64,000 nt of DNA. Source: Octopus vulgaris. Lineage: Eukaryota. The notes below the pieces were generated by a model. The model did not search any database. It was not told the origin of the DNA and saw nothing but the letters and a program-made list of their open reading frames with translations. Shown in pieces: positions 12,060 to 24,451 of the stretch (the stretch's first letter is position 1; the number at the start of each line of letters is the position of its first letter). The position numbers and the translations under genes are program-made. The stretch is from positions 115,754,001-115,818,000 of the forward strand of contig OX597823.1 of NCBI GenBank assembly GCA_951406725.2. Reading direction: 5' to 3'.

Positions 12060-13540
12060 CTACAGTTTGTAGAAAGATCTGCAGAGCAGTATTTTTTTTT
12101 ATTCTGGAATCTTATCTAATTTCTGATGCCTAATGTTCAAAGATCTGCCTAAATACTTCATCTCAAGTATTTTCTTTGCTTTCTTCTGTGCCACGAACTT
12201 CCTAAACCCCTTCTTTTCCTTCACATGTCTGTACCAATATACTCATCTTGCTGATATGCAATAGTGAAGAATAAAAAAGAAAAAGAAAAAAATACACAAC
12301 CACATTAAAAAGATAAGATTCTCTTTAGAAGATCAAATGAATAAGAAGTGTAGCAGATATCTTCTAACTCTGCTCTGTAGTATAATATTATATAAATAAC
12401 AATTGACTGTTCGTTTCTATAATCTTAGAAACCGCGGCGCTTTTAGGAAGAGTTTGAAATATTTTATATTTTACCATTAGAAGCTGTTTGAGATAATTAT
12501 CTCGAAATGTTACTTCTGGATAATGTTCATTCTCTGCACTACTTCTAACCTAGAACGATTCAAAGCATTGTCTTCCTCTTATTAATCTTCTAAGGTGAAG
12601 AAGGTGATTTGCTGGCTATTATCATAAAAGACTTGTGGGGTATTATTCAGATGTGTTCTTCTGTAAATTGTCTCTAAAGATATTTGCCTTGCAATGAAAT
12701 TTAATTAGTTAATATTTCAAACTTTTGCCAATTTTATCATTTAGCTGTATGTTCTTGGTGAACCAAATCCGCGACATAGTTTCGATTCCTTCTTGAAGCA
12801 ATTTCTTTTGACTTATATTTCTGATGAACGAATATTTACAGCCTAATATACAGTATGCTTCTGGTGAAAAATTTCCTACTTTGTGACTGCTTGGAGAAAT
12901 ACTTCTGGCTTTTAAATTAGTGTTGTTGCATGAATCAGCTTTTGAGAAAGATAACAAATACAGGAACCTGACTGGTTGCTATCAGTCTGTGCTGGTCACC
13001 ATCAAGGCCTCAGGCGTTTTTGGACCGTGCACTGCTGATTTCCTCTGCAAAATCTGTATAATTGGGTCTTGTCTGAGAAACAGAGTGTGAGAAGTGGAGT
13101 TGCTGCTGCAGTTGTTGTTAAGCAACAAGACGGGTAAGGGGGATTTCACTGCGTCCGTTCTGTGGGTTGGGAGACGTCTGGCAGGTCGGGAGCAGAAGTT
13201 CACTTTTCCCAGATCCAAAGGACAAGGAGAGGGTCACTGGCCAGAGCGTCTGGGGGGAGGGGGTTGGCATTTGCGGTGGGCGATGGATCCATGGACAGTC
13301 GTAGATGACATGGCCCGCAGTCTCCTCTCCCACTCCGCACTTTCTGCAGGCTCTGTCTATGGCTCGGTCAATCTTGTAGAGCCAGTACTTGAGGTTCTGC
13401 TGCTGCAGTAAGTGTCATTGGCCATTCTCCATGTCAAAGCCTTTGCAATCATGTCTGCCAGGCATAGCCATACATGCTGTTTGTTCTGGGGTGTACAACC
13501 CTTTACTCCCTTCCCTCCCCCATCTTCTGCTGCTTAATCA
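12060..13540 (-). mobile_element. Possible degenerate L1/Tx1-like LINE remnant
   Basis: GC-richer block with a decayed zinc-knuckle-like stretch (LKYWLYKIDRAIDRAC). The motif gttaagcaacaaga(c/t)gggtaaggg is shared with ~29805. Confidence 0.3.
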
Positions 13541-13819
13541 CCCCACCATGCTTTTTTCTTTTCTTTTGTTTCTTTGGTAAGTGAGTGCTGGTACTCAATC
13601 AGGAATATTAGTATACTCATAAAGGTGTTATGCTTTTGTTAATATATTTAATAGTGTCTAGTTTATTTTAATTGAGAAATAAATACTCACCTGTATTGAA
13701 CATTAATGTCTGGTAAGGATACCTTTAACAAATGTAGTATCAACTATAAGGGAAAAATTGATAAGGTGGTCATGGTTGGGAAATTTGGTCATAAGTTTTG
13801 CTCAATCAAATTTAACTAT

Positions 13820-14215
13820 TACTAGCAATATCGCCCGGCATTGCTCAGGTTTGTTTCAACCCTTTAGAATTGGAATTTGTGAAAAGTAAAAATTTTGCAT
13901 TATGTAGCTTGCTATTCTCTTTAAGTTAACATTTTTCTCATTGAAATACACCAAAAAATGGCGATACAGCAGTCAAAAAATTGTAAAAAAATAGGGATTT
14001 TCATAGAAAAAAAGTACCTTTTTGATGTAAATAATTTTTGGTGTTAACATAGTCCGATTTGAATTTTTACTTCTACAGAAGGAAGAGCAAGCCTTCTTCT
14101 ATCATACTCTTAATTTTGGTCAACTCGCACCGCAGGGTCTCGGAGGAGACAGTATTAGTTGAAGGCTACCAAACCTGCCACACACAGACAACTACAGCTT
14201 TATATATAGAGAGAT
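13820..14215 (+). mobile_element. Helentron/DINE-like non-autonomous element
   Basis: Starts actagca..cgcccggcattgctcagg and ends acagacaactacagctttatatatagag, as is typical of HINE-type ends. Confidence 0.55.
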
Positions 14216-14229
14216 TAACTTGTGTGAGA

Positions 14230-14562
14230 CTCATGGAGGCAATGACAAGTGACTGTGACCTTTGATGATATGCTGTGCTTGAGAAGACTCATAAAGCCAA
14301 ATGAAATCATGGTCGTGGTCGATGCCGGTTCAGGTAACTGGTACCAGTGCCAGTGCCACATCAAAGCACCCGTGCTGGGGGCACGTAAAAAGCACCCATT
14401 ACACTCTTGGAGTGGTTGGCATTAGGAAAGACATCCAGATGTGGAAACCATGCCAAAATCAGACTGGAACTTGGTGCAGATCTCCGGCTTACCAATTCCA
14501 GTCAGACCATTTAACCCATGCCAGTATGGAAAGCAGCAGCAGCAGCAGATGATGATGATGAT
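14230..14562 (+). mobile_element. RTE 3' UTR fragment (family C)
   Basis: aaaagcacccattacactcttggagtggttggcattagg... ending in (gat)n. Confidence 0.75.
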
Positions 14563-15119
14563 GTAGTAGTAGTAGTAGTAGTAGTCCTATGCATGGAATA
14601 AAACCTTATGTTACATTTAACATTACATTAGCCGTAGATAACGACCAGTTATTGTTAACTGTAATAATAACATTTACTGAAAAATTTGTTAATTAGATTG
14701 AAATACGATTATCATAATGAAGTTGCAGATAATTAGTGAAGTTAGTCTGAGATTGAACTGCTACAGTTCTGGTTTCCCCCTGGTTTAAATTATCTAAATT
14801 ATGGTAACGTTCTGAATGATTTCATTATTGTGAACATCGTCAGCTCTTTATGTATCGAATCTAATTAGCAGTTTGTTATTATAGCAACCAGCATACTTGG
14901 ACTTTCAAATATCTGCATGTGTGTGTGTGTGTGTGTGTGCGTGTGGGTGTGTGTGTGTGTGTGTGCGTGTGTGTGTGCGTGTGTGTGTGTGGGTGTGTGT
15001 GTGTGAGCCCTTAGTCCAGCAAGTTTGTATTATAGCATGACTTAAGCGACAGAGCCTCATTGATATCTTAATCATTACTGTGATGGCTTCAGTGAACACA
15101 CAGACACATTCACATGCAT

Positions 15120-15152
<33 letters not shown>

Positions 15153-15249
15153 GCAGTCATGGCTCCAACTACAGTTCAGTGTTTACCCACAGTAGAGCAT
15201 ATGTCACAAGCGTATGTCTGCAGTTGATGTTTGTTTGTTTGTTGAGTGA

Positions 15250-15585
15250 AGTGGTCTTCGTCCCAGAGTGGGAGAAGTCCGAAACGTGGTCCTTTGCTAT
15301 TCGTAAGACTCGCAGAAGAGAAAGCAGGTCAACCCCCGACACCGAGAGCATCAATGGATAGATGAATGCGCATCCAGGCTGAGCGGTTGCGTAGGAAGTC
15401 GGGGATAAGAAACAGGAAGAAAGAGTGAGAGAAGTGAAAGAGTACAACAGGGGTCGCCCCCACCCCCTGCTGGAGCTTTAGGTGTTTTCGCTCAATAAAC
15501 ACACACAACACTTGGTCTGGGAATCGAAACAGCGATCCTTCGACCGCGAGTTCGCTGCCCTAACCACTGGGCCATTGCACCTCCC
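15250..15585 (-). mobile_element. SINE family D
   Basis: Near-identical to 10850-11215. Confidence 0.85.
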
Positions 15586-15857
15586 TGCAGTTGATGTGCC
15601 AGTGTTTTACTGTCTCAACAATTGTACGTACAATGTTCCACTGTCTTTCCAATTCTACAGTGTTCTGCTGTTTCACATCTCTCTTTCACACACACACACA
15701 CACACACACATACATGCACATACAGAGAGTGAGAAACGATGTTCCATTGTCTCTTCTCCATACGTGCATGTTCCACTGTCTAATTAATTATACATGTTCT
15801 CTTCCACTGTCACCAATTATACATACTGTATTCTTCTATCTAACTAATTATACATGT

Positions 15858-16610
15858 TATATGCTACATGGTAGTGTAACATGGGGTGTGGATGCAGATG
15901 ACATGCAAAAGCTTGAAAGAAACGAAGCCAGCAGGCTCTGCCGGATGTGCAATGTCAATGGGAATTTACAACACAGTGTAAATGTATTGAGGGAAAGATT
16001 GAGTATAAGAGGCAGCAGGGTGTAGTGTACAAGAGAGAAGAATGTTTATGTGATGCAATATGGATGGAGGTAGCTGCCTAAAGAAGTACATAAAGAAGGT
16101 GGGGAGCTGGTAGAAATGTTAGCATGCCAGGCGAAAGGCTTAGCAGTATTTTGTCTGCCGCTACGTTCTGAGTTCAAATTCTGCCAAGGCTGACTTTGCC
16201 TTTCATCCTTTCGGGGTCGATAAATTAAGTACCAGTTACGCACTGGGGTCGATGTAATCGACTTAATCCGTTTGTCTGTCCTTGTTTGTCCTCTCTGTGT
16301 TTAGCCCCTTGTGGGTAGTAAAGAAATAGGTATTTCATCTGCCGCTATGTTCTGAGTTCAAATTCTGTCAAGGCTGACTTTGCTTTTCATCCTTTCGGGG
16401 TCGATTAAATAAGTACCAGTTAGACACTGGGGTCAGTATAATCGACTTAATCCGTTTGTTTGTCCTTGTTTGTCCCCTCTGTGTGTAGCCCCTTGTGGGT
16501 AGTAAAGAAATAAGAAGTGCTGATCTCTAAATGTAGAGGGAACCTGTGGAAGAGGGATGCTTGGCGTCGCAGAGATTACAAAGGACTGAGACAATTAGCA
16601 ATTTTACAGT
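15858..16610 (+). mobile_element. RTE LINE ORF2 C-terminal fragment, split by a SINE
   Basis: MLHGSVTWGVDADDMQKLERNEASRLCRMCNV. It resumes after 16512 with KKC.SLNVEGTCGRG, and aagaagt is duplicated at the SINE edges. Confidence 0.8.
16097..16512 (+). mobile_element. SINE family B, head plus two body units
   Basis: Unit junction gaaata-gg-tatttc at 16323-16336. Confidence 0.9.
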
Positions 16611-16919
16611 GCTGTAAATACATACTAACATTATACATCCAGCAGAGCATATAGGCTTCAAATATCCATTCAGCTAAGAAAAACTGAAGCCTTTGTGTCC
16701 ATGCCCTAGATACAACCTGTCCTTGACAAACCTCTCCCTAATATCCCACTTTCCTAAACTCCCTCTCTTCCCCTATAAGTATTGGACGCAACACTCACTA
16801 CATTCCCTCTCCATCTCTCACTCTCCCTTTGCAATCATGTGAACAAATGAAGGCTTTGGCATTCAGCATGCAAGCATGAAAGAGAAGATCAGGAAGGAAT
16901 GTTAGAGGCGAGTGTCAGC

Positions 16920-18030
16920 AGTTCTGAGACCTGAGCTAAATGCACGTAACAAGGTGTTAGCCATAAATTCCTTAGCAGCTCCAGTTGTTACTTATAGCTT
17001 CGATGTGTTAAATTGGAATATCAGTGAAATGAAGAAAATTGATAGAAAAATTCATAAGCTGCTCATTTGTCATAAGATGCACCACTGAAAGGCAGACGTG
17101 GATCCGTTTTGCCTTCCCAGATTTGATGGAGGTTGAGGTTTGATCCAGTTTGAACTTTTTTACAAAAACCACAATTGAACTGGCCAAATATCTTGAAACA
17201 GTTAATAATTGGATGCTAAGCTCATTGACTATCACAAGAGGTGTGAGAATCTTTACTCTGGCAACTGTTGTTGCAAAGGAAGTAGAATTAATGGCAAAGA
17301 TAAACAACTGGCTCGTAGGTAGGAGGAGAAATCTCTGCATAGCAAATATGCGACCGATAATAAAGAAGCTGGTGTTAAGCAGAAGCACATCTATCAGTGG
17401 CTACAAAACTCAGAGCAGCTGCTCAAGATCAAAGCTTATACACCTGGAACTGCCGAGACAGCATGATGGAAAATGGAGTAAAGTGCTAATTCTGCAATGA
17501 TGAGATTGAAACAGTGGACTACTTAATTTCTGGATGTAAAGTTCTAGTACCAGTAGAATATAAATCAAGACATGTCAGAGTTGGCCAATATCTACTCTGG
17601 TTAATATGTCAGCATTATAAAATCAAGACTGTTGACTTGTTATAAAAGCATCACCCTGAAGTTGTAACTGAGGGAGAAATGTAAAACAATTCTTTGAGAC
17701 TTCAGACAGAATCATCAAAGCTAATAAACTGGATTTTGTTGTAAAATACCAAAATAATTGTCTGTTTATTGATTGACATGTGTATCCCTTGTGATCATAA
17801 TATGTCAGCAACAGAATTTGACAAGCTCAGGAAGTATAAAGATTTGCTCATTAAAATTGAAAAAATGTGGCATCTCAAGGTAGTTGCAATTCCAGTGATT
17901 GTAGGAGCACTGGCAATGATCAAATTAGTTGAGAATAATCCCTGGCTTACCATCCCCGCAAGAAATGCAAAATATTGTTTTAACCAGTATGCCACATGTA
18001 TTGAGAATAGCTACCATCCATGCAAATAAT
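16920..18030 (+). mobile_element. R4/Dong-clade non-LTR retrotransposon (RLE type), degenerate 3' part
   Basis: ELNARNKVLAINSLAAPVVTYSF..NW; ADVD..CLPR..GG.GL; zinc-finger remnant C..C....ETVD.LISGC; restriction-like endonuclease region IDMCIPCDHNM...EFDKLRKYKDL...IPVIVGAL. Stops and frameshifts are present. Confidence 0.85.
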
Positions 18031-18059
18031 TTTTTTTACATGAATTTATTATCTAATTT

Positions 18060-18310
18060 TCATCATCATCATCATCATCATCATTTAGCGTCTGCTTTCC
18101 ATGCTAGCATGGGTTGGACGGTTCAACTGGGGTCTGTGAAGCCGGAAGGCTTCATCAGGCCCAGTCAGATCTGGCAGTGTTTCTATGGCTGGATGCCCTT
18201 CCTAACGCCAACCACTCCGTGAGTGTAGTGGGTGTTTTTTACGTGCCAGACGGAGCTGGCAGACGGCCACGAACAGATGGTGCTTTTACGTGCCACCGGC
18301 ATGGGGGTCA
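18060..18310 (-). mobile_element. RTE 3' UTR fragment (family C)
   Basis: (cat)n followed by ...ggatgcccttcctaacgccaaccactcc. Confidence 0.8.
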
Positions 18311-18484
18311 GACGAGGAGGAAGGGAAAAGTCAATTACATTGACACCAGTATCCAACTGGTATTTATTTTATCAACCTTGAAAGGATGAAAAGCAAAGTT
18401 GATCTCATCAGAATTTGCACTCACAACATGAAAATAGATGCAATGCTGCTAAGCAGTTTGTCTGGTGTGCCACCTTGCCACCTT

Positions 18485-18515
<31 letters not shown>

Positions 18516-18534
18516 TAATAATGATAATAATAAG

Positions 18535-20587
18535 AGACAATATGAAGAGTGTGATGCAATTTCAATAGATGTTTTATTGGTTGAATGATATTTCAATGGC
18601 TTGCCTGTCTTTGTCGAGTTCAAAATGAAAAGTGATACATAGAAATTCAAAATTAAAGAAATTCAAATCCATAGTTTGAACAAGGCAACTAACATTGATG
18701 GAATGACATCATCAGTCTTCAATTTTCAAGTTTACAACTAGCAAAAAGAAAAAAGAAAAACGAGAGAAAAAAAAAAGAAAAGAAAAAGGAGAAAAAGAAA
18801 AGAAGAAAAAAGATGAATATTTAATCAAACAGTTTTGTGTAAATATGATGAAATTCTCCTGTCATTTTATTCATCCTTCCCCCCAGGGTTTGAGGTTATT
18901 AACTCACAAACATATTTCTCTTCATGCATTTTGAGAACTGAAAATGTTGCAGATTCAGAATATTTTCTGAGAATATTCACTTTCAAGTTTTTTTTCTAAA
19001 TTGCAGCTGTTTGATGTAAAATGTTCAGCAAATTCCACCTTCAGAAAACGGTAAAACAAAAGTATTCTATGTAAATTTTCTCTGTAGGCTATTGAGGCTT
19101 CTGTTACAAAGTAACACAATGAAATTTAGGCAAAAATTTTACCACCAGATGAGGAGTTGTGCCATGGGTTCCTTCGTGGAAGATAATTTCACTAATGTTT
19201 TCATGACAAAATTCAAGACTCAGGTACTGAAGACATTCAAATCCCTTCCTGGCCATGAACCAATACTCTGGTTACAGTTCAGTGATGATAGCCTTTTTGT
19301 CTGGGAAGGATCACAGGCTATTTTAATTGACTTCTTGCATTTCTGTGACTGCTTTGCTAAAACCTATGGCTTTAAGTCCAACATAAAATTTACATCTAGT
19401 TTTTCAAAAACTAGTCTCTCTTTTTTTTAACTCTTTTTACTTGTTTCAGTCATTTGACTGTGGCCATGCTGGAACACTGCCTTTAGTTGAGCAAATCGAC
19501 TCCAGGACTTATTCTTTGTAAGCTTAGTACTTATTCTATCGGTCTCTTTTGCCGAACTGCTAAGTTACGGGGGATGTAAACACACCAGCATCGGTTGTCA
19601 AGCGATGTTGGGGGTAGGAGACAAACACAGGCACACAAACATATACACACATACATATATATATACATATACATATATACAACAGGATTCTTTCAGTTTC
19701 CATCTACCAAATCCACTAAGAAGGCTTTGGTCGGCCAAGGTGCTATGCAGTGGGACTGAACCCAGAACCATGTGGTTCATAAGCAAGCTACTTACCACAC
19801 AGTCACTCCTACGCCTACAAGTGGCTGTTGAATTTTTGGACACAAAAGTTAAGTTTTTTGGAGGTAGAATAGTGACACAGTTATTTTCCAAGCCCACATC
19901 ATCCCACATTTACCTCCACCACTGCTCTGATTATCCACACCATATAATTCAGTCAAATCCGAAATCCAGCTTGATTTATGTTGGTTCTACAACAGAACAA
20001 TTAAGCCAAAGTTTCAATGGGCGCAGATTTGGCATCAGGCATGATAGCAGGAGTTCAACAGAACTTGCTGAACAAATTTTACACCAAACGGCTGCAATTT
20101 TGAAAAATACTTGAAAGTAACATATTCTCAGAAAATATTCTGTATCTGCTACACTTTCAGTACTCAAAATGCACGAGGAGAAACTATGTTTGTGAATTAT
20201 TAACCTCATGCCCTGGACGGATAAAGGAAATGACTGGAGATTTTCATCATATTTGCACAAAACTGTTTGATTAAATATTCTTCTTTTCTCTTTCTCCTTT
20301 TTCTTTTCTTTTTTTTTCTCTCGTTTTTCTTTTTTCTTTTTGCTAGTTGTAAACTTGAAAATTGAAGACTGATGATGTCATTCCATCAATGTTGGAATGC
20401 TGGTTGCCTCGTTCAAACTTTGAACCTGAATTTCTTTAATTTTGAATTTCTATGTATCACTTTTCATTTTGAACTCGACAGGCAAGCCATTGAAATATCA
20501 CTCAACCAATAAAACATCTATTGAAATTGCATCACACTCTTCATATTGTCTACTTACCTTTGTGAGGAGTTACATCAATCCTCTTAA
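18535..20587 (+). mobile_element. Degenerate Penelope-like element (RT + GIY-YIG) with inverted pLTRs
   Basis: RT motifs FYHQMRSCAMGS...FTNVFM and PILWLQFSDDSLFVW...NIKFT, VEFLDTKV...KPT, YLHHCSDYP; GIY-YIG remnant LIYVGST...LSQ.FNG. 18535-~19035 is the reverse complement of ~20061-20551. (TAA)n on both sides. Confidence 0.88.
19428..19815 (-). mobile_element. SINE family A inserted into the Penelope RT
   Basis: Reverse complement of the family A sequence. Confidence 0.88.
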
Positions 20588-20629
20588 AATAATAATAATA
20601 ATAATAATAATAATAACGATAGTTTCAGT

Positions 20630-20840
20630 TTTTGGCACAAGGCTAGCAATTTCGGGAGAGAGATTTAAGTCAATTACATTGACCCCAGTAATAAACTGGT
20701 ACTTATTTTATCGACCCTGTAAAGGATGAAAGGCTACAGCAACCTCGGTGGAATTTGAACTCAAAATGTAAAGACAGAAGAAATGCCACCAAACATTTTC
20801 ACCTGGCATGCTAACGATTCTACCAGCTCACTGCCTTAAT
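20630..20840 (-). mobile_element. SINE family B variant
   Basis: actggtacttattttatcgaccc...aggatgaaagg...gaatttgaactc. Confidence 0.8.
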
Positions 20841-20987
20841 AATAATAGTAATCATAATAATAATTATTATTATTATCATTATTATAACTCTTTGTACTAT
20901 AGGCACAAGGCCTGAAATTTGTGGTGGCTAGTCAAGTACATCAACTGGTACTTATTTTATCAATCCTTGAAAGGATGAAAGATAAAG

Positions 20988-21105
20988 GGGCATCTCAAGG
21001 CTGTTACAATACCAGTGATTACAGGAGTGCTGGCAGTGATCAAATCATTTCAAATTGATCCCTGGCTTACCATCCCTGCAAAAAGTGCAAATGTTGTTTT
21101 AACTG
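20988..21105 (+). mobile_element. Short R4/Dong fragment homologous to 17868-17985
   Basis: ggcatctcaagg...ccagtgatt..aggag...atccctggcttaccatccc. Confidence 0.7.
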
Positions 21106-21317
21106 GTAGAACTGGAAAGGAAAACGTTAAGACAGATGGAATTCCACTCAGCATTTTGTCCATCATTCTGTTGGTCGTCCCAGCTCGCCACTTTAATAAG
21201 GATAAGGAATTTTTCTAACGGTATCATATGGATCATGTTGTGTTTTTTATACATCAAGTCTCTAAAGTGTAGTTTTCTGAGACAATATCATGCAGCTAGC
21301 ACTGTCCTTATTTCTTT

Positions 21318-21533
21318 ACTTCCCACAAGGGACTAAACACAGAGGGGACAAACAAGGACAGACAAATGGATTAAGTCGATTATATCGACCCCAGTGCATA
21401 ACTGGTACTTATTTAATCGACCCCGAAAGGATGAAAGGCAAAGTCGACCTCGGCGGAATTTGAACTCAGAACGTAAAGACAGACGAACTACCCATAAGCA
21501 TTTCGCCCGGTGTGCTAACGTTTCTGCCAGCTT
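21318..21533 (-). mobile_element. SINE family B monomer
   Basis: Reverse complement of the family B sequence, ending ~75 nt before the AGBL4 acceptor. Confidence 0.88.
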
Positions 21534-21609
21534 GCACAGTTCTACAATTCTGTATACATTGTAAACGATGCACACATTGTTTGAATAGAAATATTTTCTT
21601 TTCTTTCAG

Positions 21610-21704
21610 AGAGTCATATTCAACATTGTGAATTTCAGCAAGACAAAATCCCTGTACCGTGAAGGGATGTCACCCCTTGTTCGATCTAACAGTAGACCAA
21701 AGTG
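21610..21704 (+). CDS. AGBL4: Internal coding exon of cytosolic carboxypeptidase 6 (tubulin deglutamylase, M14 family, N-terminal region)
   Basis: Acceptor ttttcttttctttcag, then 95 nt encoding RVIFNIVNFSKTKSLYREGMSPLVRSNSRPK(W), then donor gtaagt. Recalled vertebrate AGBL4 reads RVIFNIVNFSKTKSLYRDGMAPMVKSTSRPKW. Confidence 0.95.
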
Positions 21705-22019
21705 GTAAGTTCTTTCTGCATTATTATCAAGAAACCAATTATTTTTTTACTCACGTCTTTTTTTCCAAATTGTCATATTTTCAAATTTCTATTATTTACA
21801 ACAAGTATAAAATTGTTTATTCCATCAATGTCTCTGTACAAACGATTGACAATTTGCTGTAGACCCATCCAACCCACGTAACCATTCATATTGAAATGTT
21901 GATCAATAATATTTCTTTAATCCTTGCTAAGTGAGAGCAAATGGAAACGGTATCTGTTGCAATGTCTGTCTGTCTGTCTGTCTTTATCTGTAGTTTTTGT
22001 GTACATCAGTTGTATAAAG

Positions 22020-22272
22020 TATAGAACAAACTGCCGGCATCAGTTGTTAGTTGTCGGAGCACTGCATCCTTCAAAACTTCCATGCTTCCTGAGATTCGCC
22101 AACACTACACCTGAATTTCTCTCCCCCCCCCCCATATACACGCAAGCATGTATCTGACTCATACACTGTTCACTTCACAGACATTTGTACATTACTGCAT
22201 ATGCTTTATACACACTTTTGACAAGTTGTGGTGCACCTGAGCACAGTATACAATAATTTCATTATTATATTA
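22020..22272 (+). mobile_element. CR1/L2-type LINE 3' end
   Basis: (W)NKLPASVVSCRSTASFKTSML ORF2 terminus, then UTR and (att)n tail. Confidence 0.7.
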
Positions 22273-22777
22273 TTTTATTATTTTGGGAGTTTTAACTACA
22301 GGCTAAAATGTGTGCCCCTGGGGCAGCCCTTCCATTTGCCACCCCCAGACCCCACAAAAACCACATATTGCCTGCAGCAGATCCAAAAGTGCTGCCCCTT
22401 TAAAAGTGCAGCCCAGGACATACTACCCCTACTGCTCCCCCTCCTAGCTATGCTAGTGATTACACATACTAATTAATTAGAAATTGGGTGAAGAAACTAA
22501 GTAAATTTCAATTAAATATGGCAATTGTAGGTTCAATGGAGCAGAGGAAGTTGTGATGGCAAAACAGAATGAGAGATGACATTGTTTGATAAATGACAAG
22601 TCAAGTAGTGGTTTAATTATTTGAAATTTAATGACGGTTAATACTGTCATTTATCAACCAGATTGTTTGGTACCTCAGGCAAATACTTTCTACTATAGCT
22701 TTTGATGACCAAAACATTGTGAGCAGATTTCATAAAGTAAAATCTGAAAGAAGCCTGTCATATGTATGTGTGTGTAT

Positions 22778-23080
22778 GTGTGGAGGCGCAATGGTCCAGT
22801 GGTTAGGGCAGTGGACTCATGGTTGGAGGATCATGGTTTCAATTCCCAGACCGGGCATTGTGTGTTTATTGAACAAAAACACCTAAAAGTTCCACAAGGC
22901 TCCAGCAGGGGGTGGTGGCGATCCCAATTATATTCTTTTGCCACAACTTTCTTTCACTCTCTCTTCCTGTTTCTTGAGTAACGCTGTAATGGACTGGCGT
23001 CCGGTCCAGCTGCAGGGAACACATATGCCACAGAAACTGGGAAACCGGGCCCATGAGATTGGCTAGGCTTGAAAGGGGCA
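22778..23080 (+). mobile_element. SINE family D with V-domain-like tail
   Basis: gtggaggcgcaatggtccagtggttagggc head; tail atggactggcgtccggtccag. Confidence 0.82.
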
Positions 23081-23119
23081 ATGTTTATCGTTTTCATGTA
23101 TGTATGTATGTATGTATAA

Positions 23120-23400
23120 CAGGGCACATGGCCTAGTGGTTAAGGTGTTGCACTCATGATTGCAAGACTGTGGTTTCAATTCCAGGAGCAGGTGTTGTGT
23201 TCTTTATTGAAATAATTCATCTCACGTTGTTCTGTAATCACTTCAGCACCTGGTGTATGGTATGCCATGCACCTGATCCAGCAATGGGAATTCGATTGAG
23301 AGAATGAGCTAATGTGTGTGGCAGAAACATTTGATTGCTATAAACAAATCATATGTATCGGCTATTCTGCAAGAAACTGCAGAGCCATCTTTCCCATCCT
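23120..23400 (+). mobile_element. Diverged tRNA/CORE-like SINE
   Basis: gggcacatggcctagtggttaagg...ggtttcaattcc head. Confidence 0.6.
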
Positions 23401-23879
23401 ACAGGAGACTATCATCATAGTTGTATATATGTTTGTGTGTGTGTGTATGTGTGTGTGTGTACCGGTATGTATTTTTGCGTGTACCTTTGTGTTCACACTC
23501 CCATGATGGCTGTAGAAGGAGCATCCCTGTCATACGGCCGATGTTGTTTGTTTTTAGTCTACTGTGAAAAGAAGACGCTGAGCCATTGAGAAATATTAAC
23601 TTGCTTGGAAAGAGGTGAGGTTAGCAACAGGAAAGGTATTTAACTGTCAAAAATCTGCCTCAGCAAACTCTGATTGCCTCATGCAGGTGTAGAACAGAGG
23701 GCACTAAAATGAGGATCATGATCATGATATATATACACACACGCACACACATATATCAAATCACTATACACACACACACACATACACACATATTATAGAT
23801 ATAGGGTAAAAAATTATTAATTTATAATTAATAAATTTTACCAAGTATATAAAACCATTATACAATTATATATATATAT

Positions 23880-24060
23880 GCGGGCATGGCTGTGTGGTTA
23901 GGGAGCTTGCTTCCTAGCTACATGGTTTCGGGTTCAGTCCCACTGCGTGGCACTTTGGGTAGGTGTCTTCTGCTATAACCCCGAGCCGACCGAAGCTTTG
24001 TGATTGAATTCAGCAGGCGGAAGTTACTGCCGTGTGTGTACATGTGCGTGTAGGTGCTTG
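23880..24060 (+). mobile_element. SINE family A, 5' half
   Basis: ggctgtgtggttaggg...gggttcagtcccactgcgtggcac. Confidence 0.8.
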
Positions 24061-24084
24061 TGCCTCTCCGAAAGAGAGAGAGGG

Positions 24085-24368
24085 ATATATATTGATAAAA
24101 ATGGTAAGACGACGAAAGAAAGAAAGAGACCTCAATATTATGTAAATAGAGGAATTTATCTGTAAATGTAATATGTGACAATTATTTAGTAGACATGATA
24201 AACCTCCGAGTTTCAGATGCCGAGGTGGAAATCCATGCTGCCATCATTTTCATGGCATTTTTTCCGATGGCCGGATAACTGAAGAGATGGTGGCGTGGAT
24301 TTCCACCTCGGCATCCGAAACTCGGAGGTTTATCATGTCTACTAAATAATTGTCACATATGACATTAT
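24085..24368. mobile_element. Fold-back pLTR-like element in (TA)n; same family as 57720-58005
   Basis: Arms ~24165-24245 and 24286-24366, with an unpaired left tail. Confidence 0.8.
24274..24334 (+). ncRNA. Hammerhead ribozyme motif
   Basis: gataa-CTGAAGA-gatg[..gtgga tt tccac..]catc-cGAAA-ctcggag-g-t-ttatc. Confidence 0.65.
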
Positions 24369-24451
24369 ATATATATATTACATACATATTGTATATATAT
24401 GTATATAATATAATATATATATATCTATATATATATATTACATACATATAA

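Noticed and set aside
19605-20114. 169-aa ORF
   Set aside because: Chimera of an antisense SINE read-through and Penelope remnants, not a gene.
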